64,000 bases of DNA from Candidatus Odinarchaeota archaeon (GTDB taxonomy: Archaea > Asgardarchaeota > Lokiarchaeia > Sigyniarchaeales > SOKP01), in assembly GCA_048885325.1 (NCBI GenBank), contig JBHLPZ010000001.1, forward strand, positions 2,532-66,531, in the 5' to 3' direction. Positions within the stretch are counted from its first letter, which is position 1; each line of letters begins with the position of its first letter. The position numbers were made by a program, and so were the translations under genes. The notes below the pieces were generated by a model. It saw nothing but the letters and a program-made list of their open reading frames with translations, did not search any database and had not been told where the DNA came from. This document shows, in pieces, positions 8,214-17,861 of the stretch.

Positions 8214-9098
8214 ATGCCTAAATTAGTATATAAAGCTGAAAAGGAGTTACTAGACCACAATATTGGTAAAGCAATGGAACTCTATCGCCGGGCTTTAGAA
8301 AAATTTCCTCAATCCTTTCATCTTTTACATGACCTTTATGTTATTTATAAAGAAATGGAGCAAAAAAATGATGCTTTAGAAATTTATAAAAAAATCACTG
8401 AAATTAAGCCAAAAACGGCAATTGAATGGAGATTATTGAGTATTATTTATGTTTTAAATGAAGAATTTGGAAAAGCGAAAGAATGTATTATGAATGCTTT
8501 ACATATTGAACCTAACATTCCGCAATATTGGAATGACTTGGGATTAATACACTTCTATTTGAATGAATTCCAAGAAGCCCAAAACGCGTTTGAAAAATCT
8601 TGGACTAGTACTGATTCTCGAATTCCAGCTATGGATTTTAATTCCCTTAAAACTTATTCTTATTTAATTTTTAAAACTTATTATGAATTAGGTGATTATG
8701 AAAAAGCGATTAAAACTTCCAAATCATATTTACAATTTTATCCTGAGGATCCAATAATGTTGAATAATCTTGCTTCGGCATATAATAGAGCTTATAATTT
8801 TGATAACGCCATAGAAGCGGCTAATGCTGCGCTAAAAGTGGATAAGAATTTAGGTACTGTGTGGAGACATTTGGGATATGCACATTATAATAAAGGTGAG
8901 TATGATAAAGCTTTGGAATATATTATGAAAGCGTTAGAACTTAAAAAAGATTATGACGAAGCATGTTATAATTTAGCTCAAGTCTATTTCAGCTTGGAAC
9001 AATATGATAATGCTTTAATTGCATGTAATAAGTGTTTAGATTTAAATTCAAACCATAGTGAATGCTTGAAATTAAAAGAAAAGTTAATAAAATTTTAA
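8214..9098 (+). CDS. TPR-repeat protein
   Basis: It contains multiple 34-aa TPR-like repeats (for example WRHLGYAHYNKGEYDKALEYIMKALELKKDYDEA). I prefer the ATG at 8214, which is preceded by GGTGGGGCGGA (SD-like), over the track start at 8133. Confidence 0.8.
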   Translation: MPKLVYKAEKELLDHNIGKAMELYRRALEKFPQSFHLLHDLYVIYKEMEQKNDALEIYKKITEIKPKTAIEWRLLSIIYVLNEEFGKAKECIMNALHIEPNIPQYWNDLGLIHFYLNEFQEAQNAFEKSWTSTDSRIPAMDFNSLKTYSYLIFKTYYELGDYEKAIKTSKSYLQFYPEDPIMLNNLASAYNRAYNFDNAIEAANAALKVDKNLGTVWRHLGYAHYNKGEYDKALEYIMKALELKKDYDEACYNLAQVYFSLEQYDNALIACNKCLDLNSNHSECLKLKEKLIKF

Positions 9099-9137
9099 AT
9101 CCTTATAAAAGTTTTTAGGAATTCATAAGCAATATGA

Positions 9138-10658
9138 TTATCTCTTTTCAATTCCTTTTATGTTATTGAGAATAGTTATTAAGAATTTCCATATTTTTTC
9201 AACACTACTAATTTTTAACCGCTCAGATGGAGAATGACCATCTTTGATTGTTGGTCCAATCGCTATCATTTCCATATTAGGGTAATATTTCGTAAAACAA
9301 TTACATTCACAAGCTCCGTGGCTTGCGTTGATTTTAACCTCTATATTAAATAATTTCTGATACACATCTCGAGCTAAATTCAAAAATTTTAAATTAAAAT
9401 TTGGAGGCCAACTTGGAAAATCTAAATCATATAAAATCTTAAATTTTAAGTCGATCATGTTTAAAAGATTAAGAATTTTTTCATTTAGCACGTATTTTTC
9501 ATATTTAGAAGAACTTCTTTGCATGATTTGGAAAATTATTCGATTTTCTTCTGTACTTATTGTTCCTAAATTAGTAGAAGTCTGAACTAAATCCTTAATT
9601 TTTGGATGCATTGAAACTACTCCGTCTGGTACAATATATAAAAAATTTAGTAAATTATTCTGAAGATTTTCTTCCAAACAAGTACAATCAGAATAATCAG
9701 TCAATTTTTGAACGGAAATTTTGATATTCTTCTCAATTCCATTGAATAAATGCTTTATATCGGGAAAAGTACCTTGAATAAAAGAATTCAATTTAGAGAA
9801 GTTGCTCTTTTCAATATATATTACTGCTTGAGATTCTCTAGGTATTGCATTAAAATTACTCCCCCCGTTTAAAGAATTAACATTAATTTTAAACTCCTTA
9901 TTTAGTTTCCACAATAATTGTGAGAGAAGTTTTATCGTATTAGCTCGTCCTTTATTAATATCCGCTCCTGAATGTCCTCCCATTAACCCTTCCAAAGCAA
10001 TTTTAACCGGGATAAGTTCAGTTTCAATCCCTTTTAGAGATTTTCTTTTAATTTTTATTTCAATTGTTTTATCAATAGTTCCAGCGGATCCTATTAGAAT
10101 CTCATTATCATCTTCTGCATCAAGATTTATTAAATAATCTCCACTGATTAAGTTAGTATCTAATTGAAGTATACCCGTACCTTCTAACTCCTCATCTACA
10201 GTAAATAACAAATCTAATCCTAAAGGAGCAAAATTCAGCTCACCATTATACACTTTTTTCATTAATGATAGTTGATATGCGATACCAACACCGTTATCTG
10301 CTCCTAGAGTTGTACCTTCTGCACTTAACCACTTTTCATCATCTTCATCTATAAGTCTCAATTTTAATGGATCTTTCGAAAAATCATGTTGCGATCCCTC
10401 TATCTTACTACATACCATATCCATATGGCATTGCAATGCTACCTTTAATTGTTTGTCTGATTTTTGTACTTTTGATGGAATTTTTACAACAATGTTGCCT
10501 ATATGATCGATTTTAACGGGGAATTTGAACTTTTCAGCTTCTTTCCTTATAAACTCCCTTATTTGGGCTTCATTTTTTGAACGCCTTGGGATTCTAGTTA
10601 TTTGAAAAAAATAATCCCAGAATTCTGGGGGATTGCCCAATTTTGCCAAATTTTCCAT
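9138..10658 (-). CDS. pepD: Aminoacyl-histidine (Xaa-His) dipeptidase, M20 family PepD-like
   Basis: 506 aa. The N-terminus (PPEFWDYFFQITRIPRRSKNE...IDHIGNIVVKIP...ALQCHMDMV) and the TTLGADNGVG motif match the PepD layout. Confidence 0.8.
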   Translation of the reverse strand: MENLAKLGNPPEFWDYFFQITRIPRRSKNEAQIREFIRKEAEKFKFPVKIDHIGNIVVKIPSKVQKSDKQLKVALQCHMDMVCSKIEGSQHDFSKDPLKLRLIDEDDEKWLSAEGTTLGADNGVGIAYQLSLMKKVYNGELNFAPLGLDLLFTVDEELEGTGILQLDTNLISGDYLINLDAEDDNEILIGSAGTIDKTIEIKIKRKSLKGIETELIPVKIALEGLMGGHSGADINKGRANTIKLLSQLLWKLNKEFKINVNSLNGGSNFNAIPRESQAVIYIEKSNFSKLNSFIQGTFPDIKHLFNGIEKNIKISVQKLTDYSDCTCLEENLQNNLLNFLYIVPDGVVSMHPKIKDLVQTSTNLGTISTEENRIIFQIMQRSSSKYEKYVLNEKILNLLNMIDLKFKILYDLDFPSWPPNFNLKFLNLARDVYQKLFNIEVKINASHGACECNCFTKYYPNMEMIAIGPTIKDGHSPSERLKISSVEKIWKFLITILNNIKGIEKR

Positions 10659-10929
10659 TTGATTTCGACTGTAAAAAATTTTAGCTTTTCTCGAATTAAT
10701 TTAATATTATTCCATACTACTATTTAAATCTTTAATTCTAAATCCCTGTTAATAATTAAAAGCAACAAAAATTACAATTCTATGTTAAATTTTCCTTCAA
10801 AATTATAAATTAATTATTATTTGATAAATTTGAACAGAGTCATATTATCTATATATTAATCGAAATAATAAAACAAGAAAAGTTAATAAAACAATAATAA
10901 CCTATATTAGAGAATTTAAGTCCGACAAA

Positions 10930-11610
10930 ATGAAGATCGTTATATCAGGACCATTACAATGTGGAAAATCGTCATTTATTAAATATTTTGACGAGAATGC
11001 ATTAAACATTGAAGCGAAAGCAAGAGATAATAAATTATATACTGTAGGGATGGATTTAGGTTCTGTAACGTTAAATGGTTTTGATGTATTTCTTTTTGGA
11101 ACTCCTGGATTATTAAGATTTAATGTGATGAGAGATGTAGTTTTAAGGGGAACTGATGGAGTTATTTTTATTTTCGACGCTGCTCATCCTGAGAAAGATG
11201 AAGATGGTATTATAATTCTAAATTCTATAAGAAAAGCTATTAGTCAAGATATTCCAATAATATTTTTAGCAAACAAACAAGATATCGCAGGAGCGAGACA
11301 CGCTGAAGTGGTTCGTGCCCAAAATTATTTACCAGAAGATACAGTAATTTTTCCCACAAGTACTAGAACTGGAGAGAACCTTGACGATGTTTTAAAGCAG
11401 CTTGTTAATCAGATATATGAAAATTATTCATCATTAATAGAGGTTCTTCGTGAATACGAGAACGATATTGAAGGTTTAACCGAAAAATTAAAAAAAAATA
11501 CAATTGAGATGAGAGATCTTTTAAATAATCTTGAAATTAAAAGATTTATTGAAATAGATCGAATTAAACGAACTTATAAGGTAAAAGATGGATTAAAGCT
11601 TTTAATTTAA
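10930..11610 (+). CDS. Small GTPase (CvnD/MglA-like, COG2229-type) with a C-terminal coiled-coil/winged-helix-like tail
   Basis: G1 is GPLQCGKSS, G3 is LFGTPGLLRF and G4 is ANKQD. The C-terminal ~70 aa are heptad-like and end in LEIKRFIEIDRIKRTYKVKDGLKLL. Confidence 0.7.
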   Translation: MKIVISGPLQCGKSSFIKYFDENALNIEAKARDNKLYTVGMDLGSVTLNGFDVFLFGTPGLLRFNVMRDVVLRGTDGVIFIFDAAHPEKDEDGIIILNSIRKAISQDIPIIFLANKQDIAGARHAEVVRAQNYLPEDTVIFPTSTRTGENLDDVLKQLVNQIYENYSSLIEVLREYENDIEGLTEKLKKNTIEMRDLLNNLEIKRFIEIDRIKRTYKVKDGLKLLI

Positions 11611-11658
11611 TCACTTTGTCATTTTATTTGCTCTTTTTTTCTCGAGCGTAGTAGCTGA

Positions 11659-13572
11659 TCAAGCCATGGATAAATCCATGGGTGAAATAATATCTCCTTT
11701 TTCCTTTTTCATTTTATTTAGTTTTTCTCTTTGATTACTTAAAATATTCCAGAAAAATTTAGGCATATTTTTCTCCCTTCTATACATGCTTTCTACTCTA
11801 TCAAGCTTTTCTACTAACTTTTTTATTCTTATCGAAAATTGCTCTATATAATCATCTTTAGTATAATTTTTATCAAGATATTCCTTAAATAATGATTTTA
11901 AATCTTCAAATTTTGGTATATAACCAATTGGAGTTTCAATTGCATTAATATCGCTATGAACACGTAATTCTGCCCACATAACCCATATTAATTTATCAAG
12001 AATACCATTAAGATATTTACCTTCCTTATTTTTTAAAAAATAATTTGTAGCAAATACTTTAGGTGGAAATTCCAAAGCTTGTCCAAATCTTCGATGATTT
12101 TCAAGATATTTTCCTAAAGGAACTACTAGAAAATCTAAATTAGCCATAGGTTGCATCGTTCTTACACCTTCTTGTCCAAGGGTTGCAGAAGTTGTTTCAG
12201 ATTCGATTGAAGCCCCAAGGAAAACTCCATGCTCCCAATCAAAACTCTCAAGAACGGGAGGCATAGTATCTGAATCCCTGCCTCCATAGAAGATTAACTG
12301 AACAGGAACACCATCAGGTTCATTTAACATTGGATCAACATTAAGTAGTTCACTAATCCTTATGGTATAACGAGCGTTGGGATGTGCAAATGGGATTTCT
12401 ACCCCATTATCATCTTTTTTACCTTGAAACCACTCTCCAGAAAAATTGAAGCCTTCTTTTTGGGGTAACCTTCCATCACCTAACCAATGGGGAGTACCAT
12501 CTTTAATCAATACGTTTGAGAAAATGGTTTCTCTAGGAGTAGTAAGCGCTTTAAAGATTTCTGGATCATCATTTAAGTTAACATCTTTAATGATACCAAA
12601 AATTCCATGTTCAATGTTTACTCCATGACAATAGCCATCATCCCATTTTCTAATATATGCAATATCATCTCCTACAATTGTTTGTCCTGGAAGCATTGCT
12701 GTAGATGTCTTTCCACACGCGCTTGGATAAGCACCACAAGCGAAAGTTATTCGATTTTTGCCTTTTGGATGAAGTCCCATAATAAAATAGTGTTCTGTTA
12801 GCCAATCCTCATTATTTGCCTTAAATATCCCTAATCTTAATGCCAGCTTCTTAAGCCCGAGAGAATTCCCAGCATATTGATTATTTACTGATAAAACTCT
12901 GCCCCCTTTCAAATCTATATAAATTCGCCGTTTTTCAAGATTTTTTGTAACAGGAGGGTTTCCAATCAATTTCCCTGAAGAATGTATAAAATAAAAGAAA
13001 TTGTCAAACTCTTTCATTGTTTTAAACTCTTCATAACCTTCTCTATAAAGTAAATCTTCAGAATGCCCGACGTAAAAACTGTCGGTTAATTGAAGAGCTA
13101 ATATTGAAAATTTAGATTTTTTTGGACCTAAACAAAAAAAACGAATCAAACATTCATGACCTTTCATAGCTCCATCCATGATCTCAAATATCTCCTTTAA
13201 CCCTTTTTCTCGTTCCATTGTATTTATCCACGGATAAATACCTTGTTCTCCCTTAGGTACTAAAACTTGTGTATTTTCTTTATCTCTGGCTTGATCATGA
13301 TTAGACATTGTAAAGAATCCGTCATAGTGAACCGTATGCCCTTCTAAAGCTAATTCACTCTCTTCACCAATCTTTATAGCTTTATATCTTACATAATCAA
13401 TATCTTCTTTTGAATCTGAAATCACTGTAACCTTGCTTGGTTTACACAAATCAATGAATTCATTTATTATCCTCAATACATGATTATTGTTTAAAGCATA
13501 AAGTTTTTCAAGATCAGCTTTAGTTATGATTTCTTTTTCTAAGTATTTCTCAAAAGTTTTAATATCATCCAT
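11659..13572 (-). CDS. pckG: Phosphoenolpyruvate carboxykinase (GTP)
   Basis: 637 aa with the kinase-1a motif YPSACGKTSTAM and the overall GTP-PEPCK pattern (FAHPNARYT, GGRDSDTMPPV). Confidence 0.9.
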   Translation of the reverse strand: MDDIKTFEKYLEKEIITKADLEKLYALNNNHVLRIINEFIDLCKPSKVTVISDSKEDIDYVRYKAIKIGEESELALEGHTVHYDGFFTMSNHDQARDKENTQVLVPKGEQGIYPWINTMEREKGLKEIFEIMDGAMKGHECLIRFFCLGPKKSKFSILALQLTDSFYVGHSEDLLYREGYEEFKTMKEFDNFFYFIHSSGKLIGNPPVTKNLEKRRIYIDLKGGRVLSVNNQYAGNSLGLKKLALRLGIFKANNEDWLTEHYFIMGLHPKGKNRITFACGAYPSACGKTSTAMLPGQTIVGDDIAYIRKWDDGYCHGVNIEHGIFGIIKDVNLNDDPEIFKALTTPRETIFSNVLIKDGTPHWLGDGRLPQKEGFNFSGEWFQGKKDDNGVEIPFAHPNARYTIRISELLNVDPMLNEPDGVPVQLIFYGGRDSDTMPPVLESFDWEHGVFLGASIESETTSATLGQEGVRTMQPMANLDFLVVPLGKYLENHRRFGQALEFPPKVFATNYFLKNKEGKYLNGILDKLIWVMWAELRVHSDINAIETPIGYIPKFEDLKSLFKEYLDKNYTKDDYIEQFSIRIKKLVEKLDRVESMYRREKNMPKFFWNILSNQREKLNKMKKEKGDIISPMDLSMA

Positions 13573-13769
13573 TTTTAAATCATTTCTCAGAATATGCTTA
13601 AAGAAAAGAAGGATGATTAAAAAGCTTTATAAATTAAACGATTTTTTTATCATGTATGGTAAGATTTACCCATTTTAATAAATTGATTAGATTTATTATA
13701 TTTGAATAGGATTATATATGACAATTTCATTTTTAAAAAACTAATTTAAAAAAAGGAAAAAAATAAAAT

Positions 13770-15365
13770 TTAATCTAATCCAGGAACTTTTGATCCTTTA
13801 GCACTGATAATTCTGTCAACTCTTAATATTAAATTAGCTAATTCACTACCAGACTTTAAAACATGTTCTACCAATGCAGCAGGTTCAATAATGCCTTTTT
13901 TAAAGTTATCTGCTATAGTATTTGAAATCGTGTCTATTCCAATCCATTTATCATTATCAATTTTATGGGCTGCTCTTAGTTCAGTCATTTTTTCAATCTC
14001 ATCTAAGCCAGCATTTTTAATTAATGTTTTAGGAATCTCTTCAAGAGCTAAGGCAAACGCAGTAATAGCTAATTGCTCTTTCCCACTAACTTCATTAGCA
14101 TATTCTCTTAATCTCTTTGCTAATTCTATATATATCGCTCCACCACCTGCTACGATCTTTTTAGTATCTATTGTTTTGGCAATAACTGATAAAACATCAT
14201 GTAAAGTTATTTCTGCGGTACTTAATATTTTTTCTAAGCCTCCTTTCAATAGAATTGAGACGGACTTTGGATTCTTACAACCAGATAGTATGGTGTAATC
14301 ATCTTTGTCCAACTTTTCAAATTTAATAGTCTTAGCATAACCTAAATCTGTTTCTGCCAGCGAAGGTAAATCATCTATTCTATTAGCTCCAGTAGCTTTC
14401 AATACTGCTTTTAACTCGTCTTCACCTAAATTTTTAATTGCTGCTATTCCTTCTCTTGCTAGATAAGCTCCAAATTTATCAGAAATATCTTGGCTGTTAA
14501 TAATAATGCTTACTCCTAATTCTTTAAAAATATTCAAGTAATCTGTTAATATCTTTTCCTCTTGGTTTAAAAATTTCTGAATATCAGCAGGATTAGAAAT
14601 TCTTATTTGAGCATCAAATTCAGTTTTTACTACATCAAGCTTTCTTCTTATAACGGCAATTTTTGCATTTTTAATTACATCAGGCATAGCAGAATTGACT
14701 TTTTCTTTTTGAATATAAACTCCATTTATTAATTCCGAATCATGAAGCGATTTTCCCGGTGCTTTTACTATTTTTACATTACTAACTTTTGGAAAAGTAA
14801 CTCCTTCCTCATCTTTTATGTGATTTATTGCTTTTAGAGCTAAATCTGCGAAAAAATCCTTCAAACCAACCACATCCTTCGCATTCATAGCAGTTTTAGC
14901 TATATTTCTTAGAGTATTTTTATCATCAATAGATATCTCATCTGCAAGTTTATCTAAAATCGAGATGGCTTTATCGGCCGCTAATTTATAACCATGTGTA
15001 ATTGGTTTTGGATGGACATCTTGTTCTATTAATTCTAAAGCATTATTTAATAAACTAGCAGAAAAAATTACCGCTGTAGTAGTTCCATCTCCTATTTTTT
15101 CATCAATTGCTTTTGCTATATTAACCATCATATTGGCTGCTACATTTTCAATATTAAGATTTTTTAATATTTCTGCTCCATCATTAGTAATGGTTACATC
15201 GCCCATACCATCAACTAACATCTTATTCATTCCCTTTGGACCTAATGTGGAGCGCACAGTTTCTGTAATTGCCATCATAGCATTAATATTTTGCATTCGA
15301 GCTTCTTTTTCTTTAGTTTCCTCAGTTCCTTCTTTCAAAATTAAGATCGGTACCGACATCTCCAA
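13770..15365 (-). CDS. ths: Thermosome subunit (group II chaperonin)
   Basis: Contains GPKGMNKMLV, VTITNDGAEIL, GDGTTTAV and VAGGGAIYIELA. The track start at 15365 is a TTG; the ATG at 15359 (MSVPILILKEG) is an equally plausible start. Confidence 0.95.
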   Translation of the reverse strand: MEMSVPILILKEGTEETKEKEARMQNINAMMAITETVRSTLGPKGMNKMLVDGMGDVTITNDGAEILKNLNIENVAANMMVNIAKAIDEKIGDGTTTAVIFSASLLNNALELIEQDVHPKPITHGYKLAADKAISILDKLADEISIDDKNTLRNIAKTAMNAKDVVGLKDFFADLALKAINHIKDEEGVTFPKVSNVKIVKAPGKSLHDSELINGVYIQKEKVNSAMPDVIKNAKIAVIRRKLDVVKTEFDAQIRISNPADIQKFLNQEEKILTDYLNIFKELGVSIIINSQDISDKFGAYLAREGIAAIKNLGEDELKAVLKATGANRIDDLPSLAETDLGYAKTIKFEKLDKDDYTILSGCKNPKSVSILLKGGLEKILSTAEITLHDVLSVIAKTIDTKKIVAGGGAIYIELAKRLREYANEVSGKEQLAITAFALALEEIPKTLIKNAGLDEIEKMTELRAAHKIDNDKWIGIDTISNTIADNFKKGIIEPAALVEHVLKSGSELANLILRVDRIISAKGSKVPGLD

Positions 15366-15598
15366 TACACCTTAAAAATTTTTTATTGATTTTTATATTA
15401 GAAAAAAAAATTTTTTTTGACTTTTTTAGTTGTGCGTGATTAAATAATTTTATGATTTAGAGATCATTATAAAAAGTCTTTGTAACTATGAAAAATAATT
15501 GAAATTTTTTTAATAAAAACAAAAAGTTATAAATTTTATTCAAAATAAATAATATTGGTTTTATAATATTTTTAATCTCTTTCTGGTATTGTTTAAAA

Positions 15599-16060
15599 AT
15601 GAAAAAAGAAAAAGCTTTAGATGATATCGATAGAAGTATCATACGCATTCTTCAAGAAAATGCTAAAACATCATATCGCGAAATTCATGAAGAACTAGGC
15701 ATCTCAATTGGGACTATTCACAATAGGTTATCTAAATTGGAAAACAATGGAATTATTGAGGGTTACACATTAAAGCTCAACAATGAAAAACTTGGATATA
15801 AATTGATATTTTTAATAAGAATTCAAATAGATGGGAAGCATACTGCGGAGATATTAGCTCAAATTAAAGAAAAACCTGAGGTTTGTTCGATTTTCCACAC
15901 CACTGGAGAGCAATCTGCCTGTTTAGTATGTAGATTTAAGGAAGCAGGTGATGTTCATAACTTTATTAGAGAATTGAATGAAAAGGAATATGTGACTAAA
16001 ACAATTTCTAATATGGTATTAAAGGAATATAAAAACTCATCATCCATTATTGGATTGTAA
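15599..16060 (+). CDS. Lrp/AsnC-family transcriptional regulator
   Basis: 153 aa with LDDIDRSIIRILQENAKTSYREIHEELGISIGTIHNRLSKLENNGIIEGYT followed by a RAM domain. Confidence 0.9.
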   Translation: MKKEKALDDIDRSIIRILQENAKTSYREIHEELGISIGTIHNRLSKLENNGIIEGYTLKLNNEKLGYKLIFLIRIQIDGKHTAEILAQIKEKPEVCSIFHTTGEQSACLVCRFKEAGDVHNFIRELNEKEYVTKTISNMVLKEYKNSSSIIGL

Positions 16061-16071
16061 TTTTCAAAAAA

Positions 16072-16473
16072 TCAATCTTTCTTAGGCTTGAAATCTAAAG
16101 AAATAGAATTTATGCAATATCTATCACCAGTTGGTTGAGGTCCATCCTTAAATACATGGCCCAAATGACCACCACATTTTGAACAGAGAACTTCCGTACG
16201 TATCATTCCATGAGTTAAATCTCTTTTTTTCGAAATATTATCATTTTTTATTGGTTCATAAAAACTAGGCCAACCAGATCTAGATTCGAATTTTGTTCCA
16301 GAGTCAAATAATGGCGTTCCACAACCTGAACAATAGTATATTCCCTCTTCATGATTGTTCCAATATTTCCCAGAAAAAGGGTTTTCGGTACCTTTTTGGC
16401 GAAGCACACAGTATTGTTCTTTACTTAATTTTCTTTTCCATTCCTCTTCTGAAATATTATCTTTTTTTTTCAT
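16072..16473 (-). CDS. msrB: Peptide-methionine (R)-S-oxide reductase
   Basis: 133 aa with two CxxC zinc motifs ([21 protein letters not shown]), GWPSF, and the catalytic-Cys context RYCINS. Confidence 0.9.
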   Translation of the reverse strand: MKKKDNISEEEWKRKLSKEQYCVLRQKGTENPFSGKYWNNHEEGIYYCSGCGTPLFDSGTKFESRSGWPSFYEPIKNDNISKKRDLTHGMIRTEVLCSKCGGHLGHVFKDGPQPTGDRYCINSISLDFKPKKD

Positions 16474-16734
16474 AACAAGGTTTAAATCATAAATAGAAAA
16501 AATATATGTATTGTTTATAAATTGTTAAGAAAAATGAATGTAGATTATAATTGTAAAGAAAATTAAAAGAAGATACTATAATTTATAACTTAGCTTGAGT
16601 TAATCCAGCTTCAATTTTTGAGAAATTTAAAGGGTTATTTAGTTTATCTATTTAGAATATTTCTTCGTAGATATCAAAATTTTTTATGTTTTTATTATTC
16701 TTATTATTATCAATTTTTTTTAGTTTTGATCAAA

Positions 16735-17844
16735 ATGCCTAAAAATAGCAAAGAAATACGGATTGATCCTTGGGGTACAACGAGCTTATTAGAGGAAGAC
16801 TATGTTAGACTAATAAAAGAGTTTGGAATTCAAGAAGTTGATGAAAAGGTACGACAAAAAGCTATTAAAAACCGATTTATTAGGAGAAAAATCATTTTTG
16901 GTCATCGAGATCTTCAGAACATATTTAAAGCAGTTGAAACCAAACAACCTTGGGCAGTGATGAGCGGAATTAAACCATCTGGACCTTTCCATCTTGGAAC
17001 CTCTACCACTGCTTTAGAAATTATTGAATTTCAGAAAATGGGAGGAAAAGCATATTATGGTATTGCAGATGTTGAAACATGGGAAGACAATGGATTGACC
17101 TATGAAGAATCTGAAGTATTTGCAATTGACAATATAGCAGATTTATTAGCTTTAGGATTAGATCCTGATCCAAAAAAGGCATATATTTGGAGACAATCAG
17201 AAGAACCAATTGTAAAAGATGTATGTTTCAAAGTAAGCAGACTGGTTACCCAAAATATGTTAAATGCAATTTATGGAGAAAAATCATTTGGATTATATCT
17301 TTCTGCTCTTGTTCAAGTAGGTGATATAGTTCTACCTCAGATTCTTGATGGCCCTCAACCTACAGTTGTACCCGTTGGGATTGATCAAGATCCACATATT
17401 CGTTTGACAAGGGATCTCACACGCAGATACTATAATGGTTTCTTTTTACCGGGGGCAACTTATCATTATTTATTAGCTGGTATAGATGGATCCGAAAAAA
17501 TGGCAAAGAGAAATCCAAACAGTTATTTCACCTTCAATGAACCTTTGGAATCGATTGAAAGAAAGATTATGGGTGCATTGACAGGAGGTCGTCGAAATAA
17601 GGAAGAGCAACAGCAATTGGGTGGTGAACCTCAAAAGTGTATGATATATAAAATATTAATGTATCATTTTGAAGAAAATGATGATAGATTAACTGAAACG
17701 TTTCAGGATTGCATACATGGAGAGTTAATGTGTGGAGATCATAAAAAAGAATGTGTTGAAAAAGTACTTAAATTTATAAGAGAACATCAAAAGAAAAAAG
17801 AAAAATTGCTTGATAAAGCAAAAGAAATCCTGAATGTTGAATGA
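16735..17844 (+). CDS. trpS: Tryptophanyl-tRNA synthetase (archaeal/eukaryotic type)
   Basis: Contains IDPWG...RRKIIFGHRD, GIKPSGPFHLGT, GIDQDPHIRLTRD and KMAKRNP. It also has the archaeal TrpRS C-terminal signature LTGGRRNKEEQQQLGGEPQKC...GELMCGDHKKE...FIREHQ. I prefer the ATG at 16735; the track start at 16618 adds 39 low-complexity residues. Confidence 0.8.
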   Translation: MPKNSKEIRIDPWGTTSLLEEDYVRLIKEFGIQEVDEKVRQKAIKNRFIRRKIIFGHRDLQNIFKAVETKQPWAVMSGIKPSGPFHLGTSTTALEIIEFQKMGGKAYYGIADVETWEDNGLTYEESEVFAIDNIADLLALGLDPDPKKAYIWRQSEEPIVKDVCFKVSRLVTQNMLNAIYGEKSFGLYLSALVQVGDIVLPQILDGPQPTVVPVGIDQDPHIRLTRDLTRRYYNGFFLPGATYHYLLAGIDGSEKMAKRNPNSYFTFNEPLESIERKIMGALTGGRRNKEEQQQLGGEPQKCMIYKILMYHFEENDDRLTETFQDCIHGELMCGDHKKECVEKVLKFIREHQKKKEKLLDKAKEILNVE

Positions 17845-17861
17845 TTTTTAAATCTAAATTC

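Noticed and set aside
15457-15648. A 63-aa minus-strand ORF in the thermosome/Lrp intergenic region.
   Set aside because: Its sequence is extremely AT-rich and low-complexity (FIFKQYQKEIKNIIKPILFILNKIYNFLFLLKKF). It overlaps the Lrp start region and is more plausibly promoter DNA.
16990-17001. The TrpRS HIGH signature reads HLGT and the KMSKS loop reads KMAKR, which raises the possibility of a non-catalytic paralogue.
   Set aside because: TrpRS enzymes tolerate divergent signatures; bacterial TrpRS uses TIGN in place of HIGH. The rest of the protein, including the archaeal C-terminal GGEPxKC...GEL.CG motif, is intact. This is not strong enough to call an anomaly without an alignment.
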